Source of the DNA: Rhizomicrobium sp.
GTDB lineage: Bacteria; Pseudomonadota; Alphaproteobacteria; Micropepsales; Micropepsaceae
Assembly (NCBI GenBank): GCA_035543495.1
Contig: DATKJT010000045.1
Coordinates: forward strand, 11,445 to 75,444
DNA length: 64,000 nt
Reading direction: 5' to 3'
Of this stretch, positions 30,521 to 39,568 are shown piece after piece. Both the position numbers and the translations under genes were made by a program. A model generated the notes under the pieces. That model did no database searches. It was given only the letters and a program-made list of their open reading frames with translations, and was not told the origin of the DNA. Every line of letters starts with the position of its first letter. The stretch's first letter is position 1.

Positions 30521-31290
30521 CACCGGATTTCCGCCTCGACGGCCGCGTTGCGTTCATCAGCGGCGCCGCAGGCCATCTGGGCACGGCCATCGCGCAAGCA
30601 TTGGACAGGGCAGGGGCTCACCTCATCCTCAACGGTCGCAACGAAGCGCGCCTGAAGGATCTGGCCAAAAACCTGCGCTCCACCGAATGTGCGGCCTTCG
30701 ATGTTTCTGATTTCGAATCCGTGCGCAAATTCTTCGCGGGCCGCGACCGCATCGACGTGATCGTCAACAACGCGATCTCGATGACGCCGAAACCGCGCAC
30801 GGCTCTCTCGCCGGAAGATTTCGATTTGACCTACCGTTCCAGCGTCACCGCTGCTTTCGAGATCGCGCGCGCTGCATTGCCCGCATTGCGCAACGCCGTG
30901 AAAGCCACGAACGACGCAAGCATCATCAACATTGCATCGATGTACGGCGCGGTTTCTCCCGACGCGCGCATCTACGCTAAGCCCGAACAGGCGAGCCCCT
31001 TTCACTACGGCCCCGCGAAGGCGGCTCTCATCCAGTTGACCCGCCATCTCGCAGCCGAGTTCGGCCCCGAGCGCATCCGCGTCAACGCACTCGTCCCCGG
31101 CCCTTTCCCGCGCCCCGATGTGCGCACCAGCGATCCCCAATTCGCAGATCGCCTTGCCGCGCGCACCATGCTGGGCCGTCTTGGCGAGTCCAACGAAATC
31201 GCCGGCCCCGTCCAGTTTCTCGCGTCAACCGCATCGAGCTTCGTCACGGGCTCGTCCCTGACAGTCGATGGCGGATGGACGGCGTGGTAG
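30508..31290 (+). CDS. SDR oxidoreductase (PtmA/gluconate 5-dehydrogenase-like)
   Basis: SGAAGHLG, NIASMYG, YGPAK (YxxxK), RVNALVPGPFP, DGGWTAW; 13-nt overlap with the AKR. Confidence 0.85.
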   Translation: MAEIAPDFRLDGRVAFISGAAGHLGTAIAQALDRAGAHLILNGRNEARLKDLAKNLRSTECAAFDVSDFESVRKFFAGRDRIDVIVNNAISMTPKPRTALSPEDFDLTYRSSVTAAFEIARAALPALRNAVKATNDASIINIASMYGAVSPDARIYAKPEQASPFHYGPAKAALIQLTRHLAAEFGPERIRVNALVPGPFPRPDVRTSDPQFADRLAARTMLGRLGESNEIAGPVQFLASTASSFVTGSSLTVDGGWTAW

Positions 31291-31309
31291 AAGGCGGAAA
31301 ACCAAGCCG

Positions 31310-33142
31310 ATGAACATGGCCTTCCTGTCGTCTTTCAAGGTTGGATCGGAAACCGTCTATCCGGAGTCCTTGCGCACCCAGTTGCGCAACTTCCCGCTAT
31401 TGTCCGAAGTCAGCGACAGCGGCCTCAAGCGCCTGCTCGGCGAAGCCAACTGGTTCTGCCTGCCCGGTGGCATGTTGCTGCAACGCGACGGCGAAAATTC
31501 CCGTGCCCTCTTTCTCGTCGTCACCGGATCGCTGGGCGTTTTCGTCGAGGACGATCACGGAACCCGCAAACTGGTGGCGCATATTCCGGCCGGCGAAACT
31601 GTCGGCGAAATGTCGCTCATCTCCGGCGAAGCCCACTCCGCACAACTTGTTGCGTTGCGCGACAGCGAATTGCTGCGCGTCAGCCCCGAAGCGTTCGACG
31701 GCCTGATCTCGCGTTATCCCCGCGTGATGCTCAACCTTATGCGCGTGATTGTGAAGCGTCTGCAAAACACCACGCGCGGCGGCGACAGCAAGGCGCGCCC
31801 CAAAACCTTCGCGATCATTCCGTTGCAGGACGGCCTCGACGCCGAACCCATCGCGCATCGCCTGTCCAATGCACTGGTCGAAATGGGCTCGCATGCTTCG
31901 GTTCTGGATGCGAGCGCCGCCGATCAATCCGCGGAATGGTTTACCAATTTCGAAGCCGATCACGACGTCGTCTTCTATCGCGGCGATGCGCCCGACAGCG
32001 CATGGACGCATCTGTGCCTGCGTCAGGCCGATCGCATTTTCCTGCTCGCCCGTTCCGATCGTCCGCTGCCCTTGCGTCCGCTCGATATGCCCGCGTTCAA
32101 GGAACGCGCCACCGGCCTGCCGCAGCTTCTCCTCCTGCATCCGGAAGACCAGACCCGCGACTTGCCAGAACATTTCGCGCTCAGAAGCGGCCTCTTCGAA
32201 TCCCACCACCACGTCCGCATCGGCAACACGAATGACATCCACCGCGTTGCGCGTTTCATCGCGGGCCGCGCTGTCGGTCTCGTGCTCGCAGGCGGCGGCG
32301 CACGCGGCTTCGCCCATATCGGCGTCATCAAGGCGCTCTACGAAGCAGGCGTGCCCATCGATCATCTGGGCGGCACCAGCATGGGCGCCATCGTCGCCGC
32401 CGGTTTCGCGCTGGAATGGTCGCTCGAGGAAGTAACGGAACGCCTGCGCGAAGCCTTCGTCACTTCCAACCCGCTCGACGATTATACCTTCCCGCTGATT
32501 GCGCTGGTGCGCGGCCGCAAGGTCTCGCGCCTTCTGCAGAACGGATTCGGCGACGTCCGTATCGAGGAAATGCCCAAGCCGTTCTTCTGCGTTTCGTCGG
32601 ATCTCACCAGCGGCCGCATCCACACACACAGAAGCGGCCTGTTGTGGCGCGCGCTTCGCGCCAGCGTGGCGCTTCCCGGCATTCTTCCGCCCGTCACCTA
32701 TCACGGTCACCTGCTGGTGGACGGCGGCGTGATGAACAACCTGCCGGTGGATGTGATGGCCGAGCAACCCAACGGTCCAATCATCGCGTCCGATGTGACG
32801 GGCGAGATCGACCTCAAGGCCACCGACGATCAATATGGCGAACGCCCGTTCTGGTGGCTGATCCGCGAAGGCATGCGCGGCTCGCCATCCATCGTCTCGA
32901 TCCTCACACGCTCCGGCACCGTGGGTTCCGAAGCCCAGCGCCGCGTGGTGCGCGAACAGGCGGATTATCTGTTCGAACCGCCGCTTAAGGACATCGGCCT
33001 GCGAGACTGGAAATCCTTCGACCGCGCCGTCGAGGAAGGTTATGCCCACGCCATCGCCACCATCGAACAAAAAGGCGTGCCCCTGACCGACGTCTGGACC
33101 GAAGGCCCCGCCGTCGCCATACCCCGGAAAAAGGCGGTTTGA
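31310..33142 (+). CDS. cNMP-binding domain patatin-like phospholipase (NTE/RssA-like)
   Basis: GETVGEMSL cNMP domain; GGGARG, GTSMG and DGG patatin motifs intact. Confidence 0.9.
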   Translation: MNMAFLSSFKVGSETVYPESLRTQLRNFPLLSEVSDSGLKRLLGEANWFCLPGGMLLQRDGENSRALFLVVTGSLGVFVEDDHGTRKLVAHIPAGETVGEMSLISGEAHSAQLVALRDSELLRVSPEAFDGLISRYPRVMLNLMRVIVKRLQNTTRGGDSKARPKTFAIIPLQDGLDAEPIAHRLSNALVEMGSHASVLDASAADQSAEWFTNFEADHDVVFYRGDAPDSAWTHLCLRQADRIFLLARSDRPLPLRPLDMPAFKERATGLPQLLLLHPEDQTRDLPEHFALRSGLFESHHHVRIGNTNDIHRVARFIAGRAVGLVLAGGGARGFAHIGVIKALYEAGVPIDHLGGTSMGAIVAAGFALEWSLEEVTERLREAFVTSNPLDDYTFPLIALVRGRKVSRLLQNGFGDVRIEEMPKPFFCVSSDLTSGRIHTHRSGLLWRALRASVALPGILPPVTYHGHLLVDGGVMNNLPVDVMAEQPNGPIIASDVTGEIDLKATDDQYGERPFWWLIREGMRGSPSIVSILTRSGTVGSEAQRRVVREQADYLFEPPLKDIGLRDWKSFDRAVEEGYAHAIATIEQKGVPLTDVWTEGPAVAIPRKKAV

Positions 33143-33151
33143 ATTGAAAGT

Positions 33152-33175
33152 TGGCATATGCTAAGGCATATGCCA
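33152..33175. promoter_or_regulatory. Candidate VapB (AbrB-type) operator
   Basis: TGGCATATGC-TAAG-GCATATGCCA inverted repeat of two palindromes, abutting the start codon; TTGAAA at 33144. Confidence 0.7.
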
Positions 33176-33408
33176 TGGGTTACGAACGCCACGTCCGTCT
33201 TTTCCGCAATGGCCGAAATCAGGCCGTGCGCATCCCGCGCGAGTTCGAACTGCCGGGCGACGACGCGATCATGCGCAAGGAAGGCGACAAGCTCATCATC
33301 GAACCCGCTCCTCGCAAATCGCTGCTGGCATTGCTTGCCACGCTCGAACCCATTGAAGAAGATTTCGGCGAAATCGAAGATCTTCCGCCAGATCCGGTCG
33401 ATTTTTGA
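33175..33408 (+). CDS. vapB: AbrB/MazE-type VapB (VagC-like) antitoxin
   Basis: RLFRNGRNQAVRIPREFEL. Confidence 0.92.
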   Translation: MGYERHVRLFRNGRNQAVRIPREFELPGDDAIMRKEGDKLIIEPAPRKSLLALLATLEPIEEDFGEIEDLPPDPVDF

Positions 33409-33411
33409 CCG

Positions 33412-33810
33412 ATGCGGTATCTTCTGGATACCAACATCGTCAGCGATCTTGTTCGCAACCCTCAGGGCACCATCGCTACCCGCATCGCCAAACTCGGCGA
33501 AGATTCGATCTTCACCAGTATCGTCGTAACGGCCGAACTGTACTTTGGCTTGGCCCGCAATCGATCGGATCGCCTTGCTGGCCAACTCGAAACGGTCCTC
33601 AGCGGTCTGGATATCCAGCCTTGGGACGCGCCTGCCGACGAACGCTACGGCGAAATCCGCGCCTTCCTGCAAGGTAAGGGTAAGCTCATCGGTGCAAACG
33701 ACCTTTTCATTGCCGCCCATGCACTTGCGCTCGATGCCACGCTGGTCAGCGACAACACCCGCGAATTCTCCCGCGTCCCCGGCTTGAAGCTGGAGAACTG
33801 GCTGCGTTGA
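33412..33810 (+). CDS. vapC: VapC PIN-domain toxin
   Basis: YLLDTN, AEL, IGANDLFIAAHA, LVSDNTREF. Confidence 0.93.
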   Translation: MRYLLDTNIVSDLVRNPQGTIATRIAKLGEDSIFTSIVVTAELYFGLARNRSDRLAGQLETVLSGLDIQPWDAPADERYGEIRAFLQGKGKLIGANDLFIAAHALALDATLVSDNTREFSRVPGLKLENWLR

Positions 33811-33891
33811 CGGGCGCGGTTTGACGCAAGCGTATCGGCTTGCCCGCGCCCCGCCTTTTCGTTTCACTCCCGGCCAGACAGGGAGGATCGA

Positions 33892-34749
33892 ATGCCCATC
33901 AATTACGACGAACTCATGCAGGCCAAGGCGACCGATGTTCCGGCGCATTACGGCGACCGCGAGACCATGCTCTACGCACTTGGCATCGGCTTCATGCGCG
34001 ATCCCATGAACGCCGACGAACTTCCCTTTGCTTATGAGAACGGCCTGAAGACCGTTCCCACCATGGCGACTGTCATCGGCTGGGGCCAGACCAACACGCT
34101 CGCCCGCGCCAACATCAACTACATGATGGTCGTCCACGGCGAACAGCGCCTGACGCTTCACAAGCCGCTGCCGGATACCGCCGACGTGCTGATGGATGAA
34201 CACGTCGCGGGCGTCTACGACAAGGGCGCAGGCAAGGGCGCCATTGTCATCACCGAACGCACCGTTCGCGAAAAGAATTCCGGCACCAAGCTCTGCACCC
34301 TGCAGACGACGATCTTCGCCCGCGGCGATGGCGGCTTCGGCGGCCCGAAAGACGGTGCGCCCGAACCGCACACCTTGCCGACGCGCGCTCCCGATCTGTC
34401 GCACGAAGCCGATACGCGCGCCGATCAGGCGTTCCTCTACGCGCTCTCCGGCGACCGCAATCCGCTCCACCGCGATCCGAATTTTGCGAAGATGGCGGGC
34501 TTCCCGCGTCCGATCCTGCACGGCCTGTGCACTTATGGCACGGCCTGCCGCTCTGTGATTTCCACCGTCTGCAAATTCGATCCGACGAAGATCACGAGTT
34601 TCGACGCGCGCTTCTCGTCGCCCGTATTCCCCGGCGAAACCATCGTCACTGAAATGTGGGTCGACGGAAACGTGCTCTCCTTCCGCTGCAAGCTGAAGGA
34701 ACGCGACGTCGTCGTCCTCAACAATGGCAAATGCATACTTGCCGCGTAG
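33892..34749 (+). CDS. MaoC-like double hot-dog enoyl-CoA hydratase 2
   Basis: LYALGIG, VHGEQ, YALSGDRNPLH.D, ILHGLCTYG. Confidence 0.9.
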   Translation: MPINYDELMQAKATDVPAHYGDRETMLYALGIGFMRDPMNADELPFAYENGLKTVPTMATVIGWGQTNTLARANINYMMVVHGEQRLTLHKPLPDTADVLMDEHVAGVYDKGAGKGAIVITERTVREKNSGTKLCTLQTTIFARGDGGFGGPKDGAPEPHTLPTRAPDLSHEADTRADQAFLYALSGDRNPLHRDPNFAKMAGFPRPILHGLCTYGTACRSVISTVCKFDPTKITSFDARFSSPVFPGETIVTEMWVDGNVLSFRCKLKERDVVVLNNGKCILAA

Positions 34750-34769
34750 CCAGACCGGAAGCCCCTCTC

Positions 34770-34904
34770 CTTACCTCCCCCTCGCGGGGAGGTCGGGCGC
34801 GTGCATCGGCACGCGACCGGGTGGGGTTCAGCGAGCCTCGCTTTATCAGCCTCCCACCCGCCGCTGCTGCGCAGCGTCGACCTCCCCGCGTGGGGGGAGG
34901 TAAG
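34770..34904. repeat. Palindromic repeat element, copy C, full
   Basis: CTTACCTCCCC...GGGGAGGTAAG termini; inverted relative to 11068-11204. Confidence 0.9.
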
Positions 34905-34905
34905 T

Positions 34906-35970
34906 GTGACGTCATCCCCGCTCGACAGTGTTCGCGATCTTCTCGAACAAGGCCGCGCCTATGAAGCGGTGCAAATCCTCCGTACACTGATCGAAGGCAA
35001 CCGCGGCGGTCTCCTGGCGAGGCTGTTGCTCGCGACTGCGCATCTCGCAAGCGGCGACATAGCGGCCGCCCTAGAAACCGCGCGCGACACGGCCTCGCTT
35101 TATCCCGGCGTTGCCCAAGCCGCGCTTTCGCTTGGTGAAGCCTTGCTCGCCGCCGAAGCCCTTCCATCGGCCATCGCCGAATTCCAGCGCGCGCTGCGCA
35201 TCGACCCCGCACTCAGTGAAGCACGCCTCAAACTCGCCGAAGCCTGGCTCGCAGCGGGCGAGGCCGGCAAAGCCATCGAAGCTCTCGAAGCCGTCGAAGA
35301 AAGCCCGACACGAGCCGCCCTCATCGAACGGGCCGGTGCCATGCACGAACAGCAGCGTTCCGATGCAGGCTATGTGCGCCATCTCTTCGATCAGTTCTCA
35401 ACGGACTACGACCAGCGCATGCGCGGCCAGCTTGCCTATGCCGCTCCCGAAATCCTGCGCAGCCTCGCCGAGATAATCGGCCTGCAATTCTCCCGGCACG
35501 ACATCCTCGATCTCGGCTGCGGCACCGGTCTTGGCGGTGTGGCCTTTAAAGACATCGCCAGTCGTCTTGATGGCATCGACCTCAGCCCCGCCATGATCGC
35601 GAAGGCCAAAGAACGAGGCATCTACGACACGCTGATAGTCGGCGACATCGAAACGCTCGCCCAAACCGGCCATCGTTATGATCTGCTGATCGCCGCCGAC
35701 ACGCTCGTTTATCTCGGTGACCTCGCCCCGGTCTTCAAAGCCGCCGCCCACGTGCTCAAACCGGGCGGAACTTTTCTCTTCACCGTCGAGAAAGCCGAAG
35801 ATGGTTTCGAGCTTGGCCCCAAGCGCCGCTGGCGTCACGCCGAAACCTATCTGCGCGATCTTGCTCAACAATCCGGTTTCGAGATCGCCGGTCTCCTCGC
35901 CGCCAGCCCCCGCACCGAAGCCGGAACGCCGGTGGAAGGTTTCGCCGTCGCGTTACAGAAAGTTTCTTAG
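34906..35970 (+). CDS. TPR-containing class I SAM methyltransferase
   Basis: N-terminal TPR helices, then YVRHLFDQF...YD, LDLGCGTG, GIDLSPAM, AADTLVYLGDL; GTG start inferred. Confidence 0.85.
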   Translation: MTSSPLDSVRDLLEQGRAYEAVQILRTLIEGNRGGLLARLLLATAHLASGDIAAALETARDTASLYPGVAQAALSLGEALLAAEALPSAIAEFQRALRIDPALSEARLKLAEAWLAAGEAGKAIEALEAVEESPTRAALIERAGAMHEQQRSDAGYVRHLFDQFSTDYDQRMRGQLAYAAPEILRSLAEIIGLQFSRHDILDLGCGTGLGGVAFKDIASRLDGIDLSPAMIAKAKERGIYDTLIVGDIETLAQTGHRYDLLIAADTLVYLGDLAPVFKAAAHVLKPGGTFLFTVEKAEDGFELGPKRRWRHAETYLRDLAQQSGFEIAGLLAASPRTEAGTPVEGFAVALQKVS

Positions 35971-36029
35971 GCACAAAAACCGCGCTGGCGCGTTGTCCTC
36001 GACAGATGTGAAGCGGGGATGATTTTTCC

Positions 36030-36680
36030 ATGGTCGCGTTGGACAGCGCCGCAAGAGCGCCTTCGCAAATTCGATTCAATTTGCCTGCTCTCCTCATCGG
36101 CGGCGGCCTTGCGGGAGCCATCTGGGCTGCCGCCGGCCCGCTCGCCTTCCTCGGCTTCACCTATGAAGGCTGGTCGCTCGCCAACCGCGCGACGGATGAA
36201 TTTGCCGGCCTGATGTTCCTCGTCCCGTTCCTGGCGCCCGCCGTGGCGACACTGTTTTCGGGCCAGAGAAAAACCACCCGCCGGGATTACCGCCGCCTTG
36301 CGCTGGGATTCGTCGCTGCCTATGCGATCCATTTGAGCGTCGCCATTCTTGCGGCCACCATCGACGGCGAACGTCTCGGCGCCATTGGTACGGCGAACAT
36401 CGCCTTCCAGCTTCTGATGCTTTCCAGCCTGGTTGCGACCTCCGGCGTCTGGTTCAGGGACGTCACGAACCATCCCCTCTGCCGCCAGTTCCAGAACGCG
36501 ACTCTCTGGTTCTTCTGGCTGGCGTATACCTTCGCCTATATCGGCCATTTCGACGGCCCGCATATTGCGGATGCGTCCTTTGGCATCGGCCTGATGGTTT
36601 TGGTCGTGGCCCTTTTGGTCCGCTTCTCCGGCGCCCTCAAATCGGTCTGGGTCCGGCCTATGGCAGAAAAAGTGGGCTGA
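36030..36680 (+). CDS. Hypothetical polytopic membrane protein (ferric-reductase-TM-like)
   Basis: About 6 TM helices, RRLALGFVAAYAIHL. Confidence 0.6.
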   Translation: MVALDSAARAPSQIRFNLPALLIGGGLAGAIWAAAGPLAFLGFTYEGWSLANRATDEFAGLMFLVPFLAPAVATLFSGQRKTTRRDYRRLALGFVAAYAIHLSVAILAATIDGERLGAIGTANIAFQLLMLSSLVATSGVWFRDVTNHPLCRQFQNATLWFFWLAYTFAYIGHFDGPHIADASFGIGLMVLVVALLVRFSGALKSVWVRPMAEKVG

Positions 36681-36721
36681 TTGTCATTCCTGCCAGACGG
36701 GCGGGGGCCTAGTATGCGCTC

Positions 36722-37723
36722 ATGCCGAAACAACGTCCCCGCCGCATCGTCATGTTCGCCTTCGAAGGCGCGCAGTTGCTCGACGTCACCGGCCCGTTGC
36801 AAATCCTCGCCGCCGTCAACGACGAACACCCCAAAGGCGAGCCTGCTTATGAAATCGTCATAGCCGCGCGCGAGAAGGGCGAACTCAAAACCTCATCCGG
36901 CATCAAACTGGTCGCCGACGTTTCATACATTCAGCCCCCGAAGGAATTCTTCGCCAACATCGATACCATGCTTGTCTCCGGTGGCGACGGCACGGTCGAA
37001 GCCGTGCGCGACAAGGATTTGATCGCAGCCATCCGCAACACCGCAAAGAAATCGCGCCGTGTGGCTTCCGTCTGCACCGGTGCGTTTCTTCTGGCGACAG
37101 CCGGTCTTCTGGAAAACAAGCGCGCCACCACGCATTGGGCGTCTGCGCATCTCCTTGCCAAACTCTATCCCGGCACCACCGTCGATCCCGATGCGATCTT
37201 CGTGCGCGACGGAAAAGTCTGGACCTCCGCCGGCGTCACAGCCGGGATGGACCTCGCACTCGCCATGGTCCGCGAGGATTTCGGCGACGAGATGGCGCTC
37301 AAGATCGCCCGCCGCCATGTCATGTTCGTCATGCGCCCCGGCGGCCAGTCGCAATTCAGCGCCCATTTGGAAACCGAAGCCTATCCGCGCTCGCGCCTCG
37401 CCTCGCTCCTGCGCTGGATTCCCGAAAACATTTCCGGCGATCTCGATATCGCAGCCCTTGCCGCCCGCGCGCATATGAGCGAGCGCAGCTTCGCCCGAAT
37501 CTTCCGCAAGGAGACCGGCGAAACGCCCGCGCACTATGTCGAACGCATGCGGCTGGATGGCGCGCGCCGCCTGCTCGCAGGCTCCACGCTTCCGGTGGCC
37601 TCGGTCGCCAGCCGGGCAGGCTTCGGTTCGGAAGAACGCATGCGCCGCGTTTTCCAGCGCCATCTCAAGATCAGCCCCAGCGATTTCCGCGAACGGTTTC
37701 GCGCACAAGGAGAAGCATCATGA
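36722..37723 (+). CDS. GlxA family regulator (DJ-1/PfpI plus AraC)
   Basis: LLDVTGP, SVCTGAF, ATTHW, TSAGVTAGMD, RPGGQSQFS, C-terminal HTH. Confidence 0.93.
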   Translation: MPKQRPRRIVMFAFEGAQLLDVTGPLQILAAVNDEHPKGEPAYEIVIAAREKGELKTSSGIKLVADVSYIQPPKEFFANIDTMLVSGGDGTVEAVRDKDLIAAIRNTAKKSRRVASVCTGAFLLATAGLLENKRATTHWASAHLLAKLYPGTTVDPDAIFVRDGKVWTSAGVTAGMDLALAMVREDFGDEMALKIARRHVMFVMRPGGQSQFSAHLETEAYPRSRLASLLRWIPENISGDLDIAALAARAHMSERSFARIFRKETGETPAHYVERMRLDGARRLLAGSTLPVASVASRAGFGSEERMRRVFQRHLKISPSDFRERFRAQGEAS

Positions 37724-38319
37724 CCATCAAGATCGGCGTCGTCGTGTTCGACGATGCGGAAGAACTGGATTTTGTCGGCCCGTGGGAAGTCTTCACCATG
37801 GCCACCAACATCCAGCCCGGCGCCCATGAGGTGATGCTGGTCGCCGAAACGGACAAGCCCGTGCGATGCGCCAAGGGCTTGCGTGTGTTGCCGGATGTGA
37901 CGTTCGAAAATTGCCCCAAGCTCGACGTGGTGCTGATCCCGGGCGGGCAGGGCACCCGCCGCGAGGTCGAAAACGACACGATGCTCGGCTGGATCGCCAA
38001 GGTCGCGAAAGATTGCCAATGGGTGACCAGTGTTTGCACCGGCGCGTTACTTCTCACCGCCGCAGGTCCCGCAAAGGGCAAGCGGGTCACCACGCACTGG
38101 GCCTTCGTCGAAACGCTGCGCGGCCGGAAAGAGGCTTCCGAAGTGCTCGACAATGTGCGCTATGTCCGCGACGGCAATGTTGTCACCGCTGCGGGTGTCT
38201 CGGCGGGCATCGATATGGCGCTTTGGCTCACGGGCCAGTTGCACAACCCGAAGTTCGCCCGCCTCGTGCAGCGCGGCATGGAATACGATCCCGCGCCGCC
38301 CTACGAAGCCGAGGTCTGA
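37720..38319 (+). CDS. DJ-1/PfpI family protein (isonitrile hydratase InhA-like)
   Basis: EELDFVGPWEVF, SVCTG, TTHW, AAGVSAGID, EYDPAPPY; ATGA overlap. Confidence 0.88.
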   Translation: MTIKIGVVVFDDAEELDFVGPWEVFTMATNIQPGAHEVMLVAETDKPVRCAKGLRVLPDVTFENCPKLDVVLIPGGQGTRREVENDTMLGWIAKVAKDCQWVTSVCTGALLLTAAGPAKGKRVTTHWAFVETLRGRKEASEVLDNVRYVRDGNVVTAAGVSAGIDMALWLTGQLHNPKFARLVQRGMEYDPAPPYEAEV

Positions 38320-38397
38320 AAAGCCTTTCTTCCGCCGCATTGGATGTGTTTTGATCCCCCGAGGGTGGGACACATCCAATCAGGGGAGAGGAATTTC

Positions 38398-38766
38398 ATG
38401 TCGCTCAAACTCGCTCTGGCGCTGGCTCTGGCCGCGGGCATCGCAACGCCTGCGCTCGCGGACTCGTGCTCGGAACCCATTCCGCCGGCCGCCGTCGATG
38501 GCTCCACCGCCACCAAGGAGCAGATCCAGCAGGCCCGCGACGACACCGTGAACTTCATCAAGGCGTCGGACGATTATCAGTCCTGCCTGTTCGCCGACCT
38601 GAAGGCGCAGAAACTCCAGGCCGTGAAGGACAAGAAGGTGTTTCCGTCCTCCATCGAAGACGCCGTGAACGACAAGGTGCAGGACAATCAGAAGGAGAAG
38701 GAAAAAGTCGGCGCCGAATACAACGCCGCCGCCGTCACCTTCAAAAACAAACACCCCGGCAGCTGA
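38398..38766 (+). CDS. Small secreted helical protein with a Cys pair
   Basis: Signal peptide ending ALA, CSEP...DG.TAT.EQ...Y.SCL; strong SD upstream. Confidence 0.7.
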   Translation: MSLKLALALALAAGIATPALADSCSEPIPPAAVDGSTATKEQIQQARDDTVNFIKASDDYQSCLFADLKAQKLQAVKDKKVFPSSIEDAVNDKVQDNQKEKEKVGAEYNAAAVTFKNKHPGS

Positions 38767-38773
38767 GATAAGG

Positions 38774-38935
38774 ACTCACCTCCCCCTTGTGGGGAGGTCG
38801 ATAAAATTCGGAGCGCAGCGAAGAATTTTTCGGGTGGGGGACGGCGCCCGTCGCTCGCAGCGGCCCCCCACCCGGATCGCGTTCATACGCTGTCGCTATG
38901 AACCTCTCCGACCTCCCCACAAGGGGGAGGTGAGT
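38774..38935. repeat. Palindromic repeat element, copy D, full
   Basis: ACTCACCTCCCCCTTGTGGGGAGGTCG ... CGACCTCCCCACAAGGGGGAGGTGAGT perfect 27-bp terminal inverted repeat. Confidence 0.92.
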
Positions 38936-38979
38936 AGAACTTTCGCCGGTCTTCATCCGAATCACCTATCATCGCGGCC

Positions 38980-39567
38980 ATGACCGGACAAGCCATCGCC
39001 CAGAACCGCGCCCGCCGCCGCGCCCAGGAGCAAGGCGCCACGCGCGCCGGTATTCTGGATGCCGCCCGCAGGGTCGGCGCGCGAGACGGCGCCCGCCAGC
39101 TCTCGCTTCGCGCCGTCGCCGCCGAAGCCGGTTTCGCACCCGCAGCCCTCTACGGCTATTTCCGCAACAAGGACGAACTGCTGCTCGCGCTCGCTGCCGA
39201 CGATCTTTCGCTATTGGCCCGCGCGATGAAAGACGCCGCCACCAACGCGCCGCCGTCCGAGAAACTCGCGAAAGCCGCGCTGGCCGCTGTGAAGCTCCTC
39301 GAACAAACCGAAACGCTTGCCACCGCGCCCTCCGCGCTCGCAAGCGGCACAGCGCCCGATGCCGAACGCATCTTCAACGGCCGACTGATCGCCGCGCTGC
39401 GATCGCTGTCCGATGCCGCCGACATAAAAATGGAAAGCCGCAACGCCCAACTCGACACGGTGCTGTTGGCCGCAACCTTGACCGGCCTTGCGGTAATGGC
39501 CCGCTCGGGAAGACTGACCGCGCTGGGCTTCACCGCGGAAGAAATTCTGGAACGGTTGAAGACATAA
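38980..39567 (+). CDS. TetR/AcrR family regulator
   Basis: ILDAARRV...SLRAVAAEAGFAPAALYGYFRNKDELL. Confidence 0.9.
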   Translation: MTGQAIAQNRARRRAQEQGATRAGILDAARRVGARDGARQLSLRAVAAEAGFAPAALYGYFRNKDELLLALAADDLSLLARAMKDAATNAPPSEKLAKAALAAVKLLEQTETLATAPSALASGTAPDAERIFNGRLIAALRSLSDAADIKMESRNAQLDTVLLAATLTGLAVMARSGRLTALGFTAEEILERLKT

Positions 39568-39568
39568 T

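Noticed and set aside
31310-33810. Patatin plus vapBC as a CBASS-like defence island
   Set aside because: No CD-NTase or other defence gene; the cNMP-patatin architecture is the widespread NTE/RssA type
34801-34905. N-terminal extension of the TPR-methyltransferase from ATG 34801
   Set aside because: Lies wholly inside repeat C with no clear SD; GTG 34906 preferred (kept as an alternative in findings)
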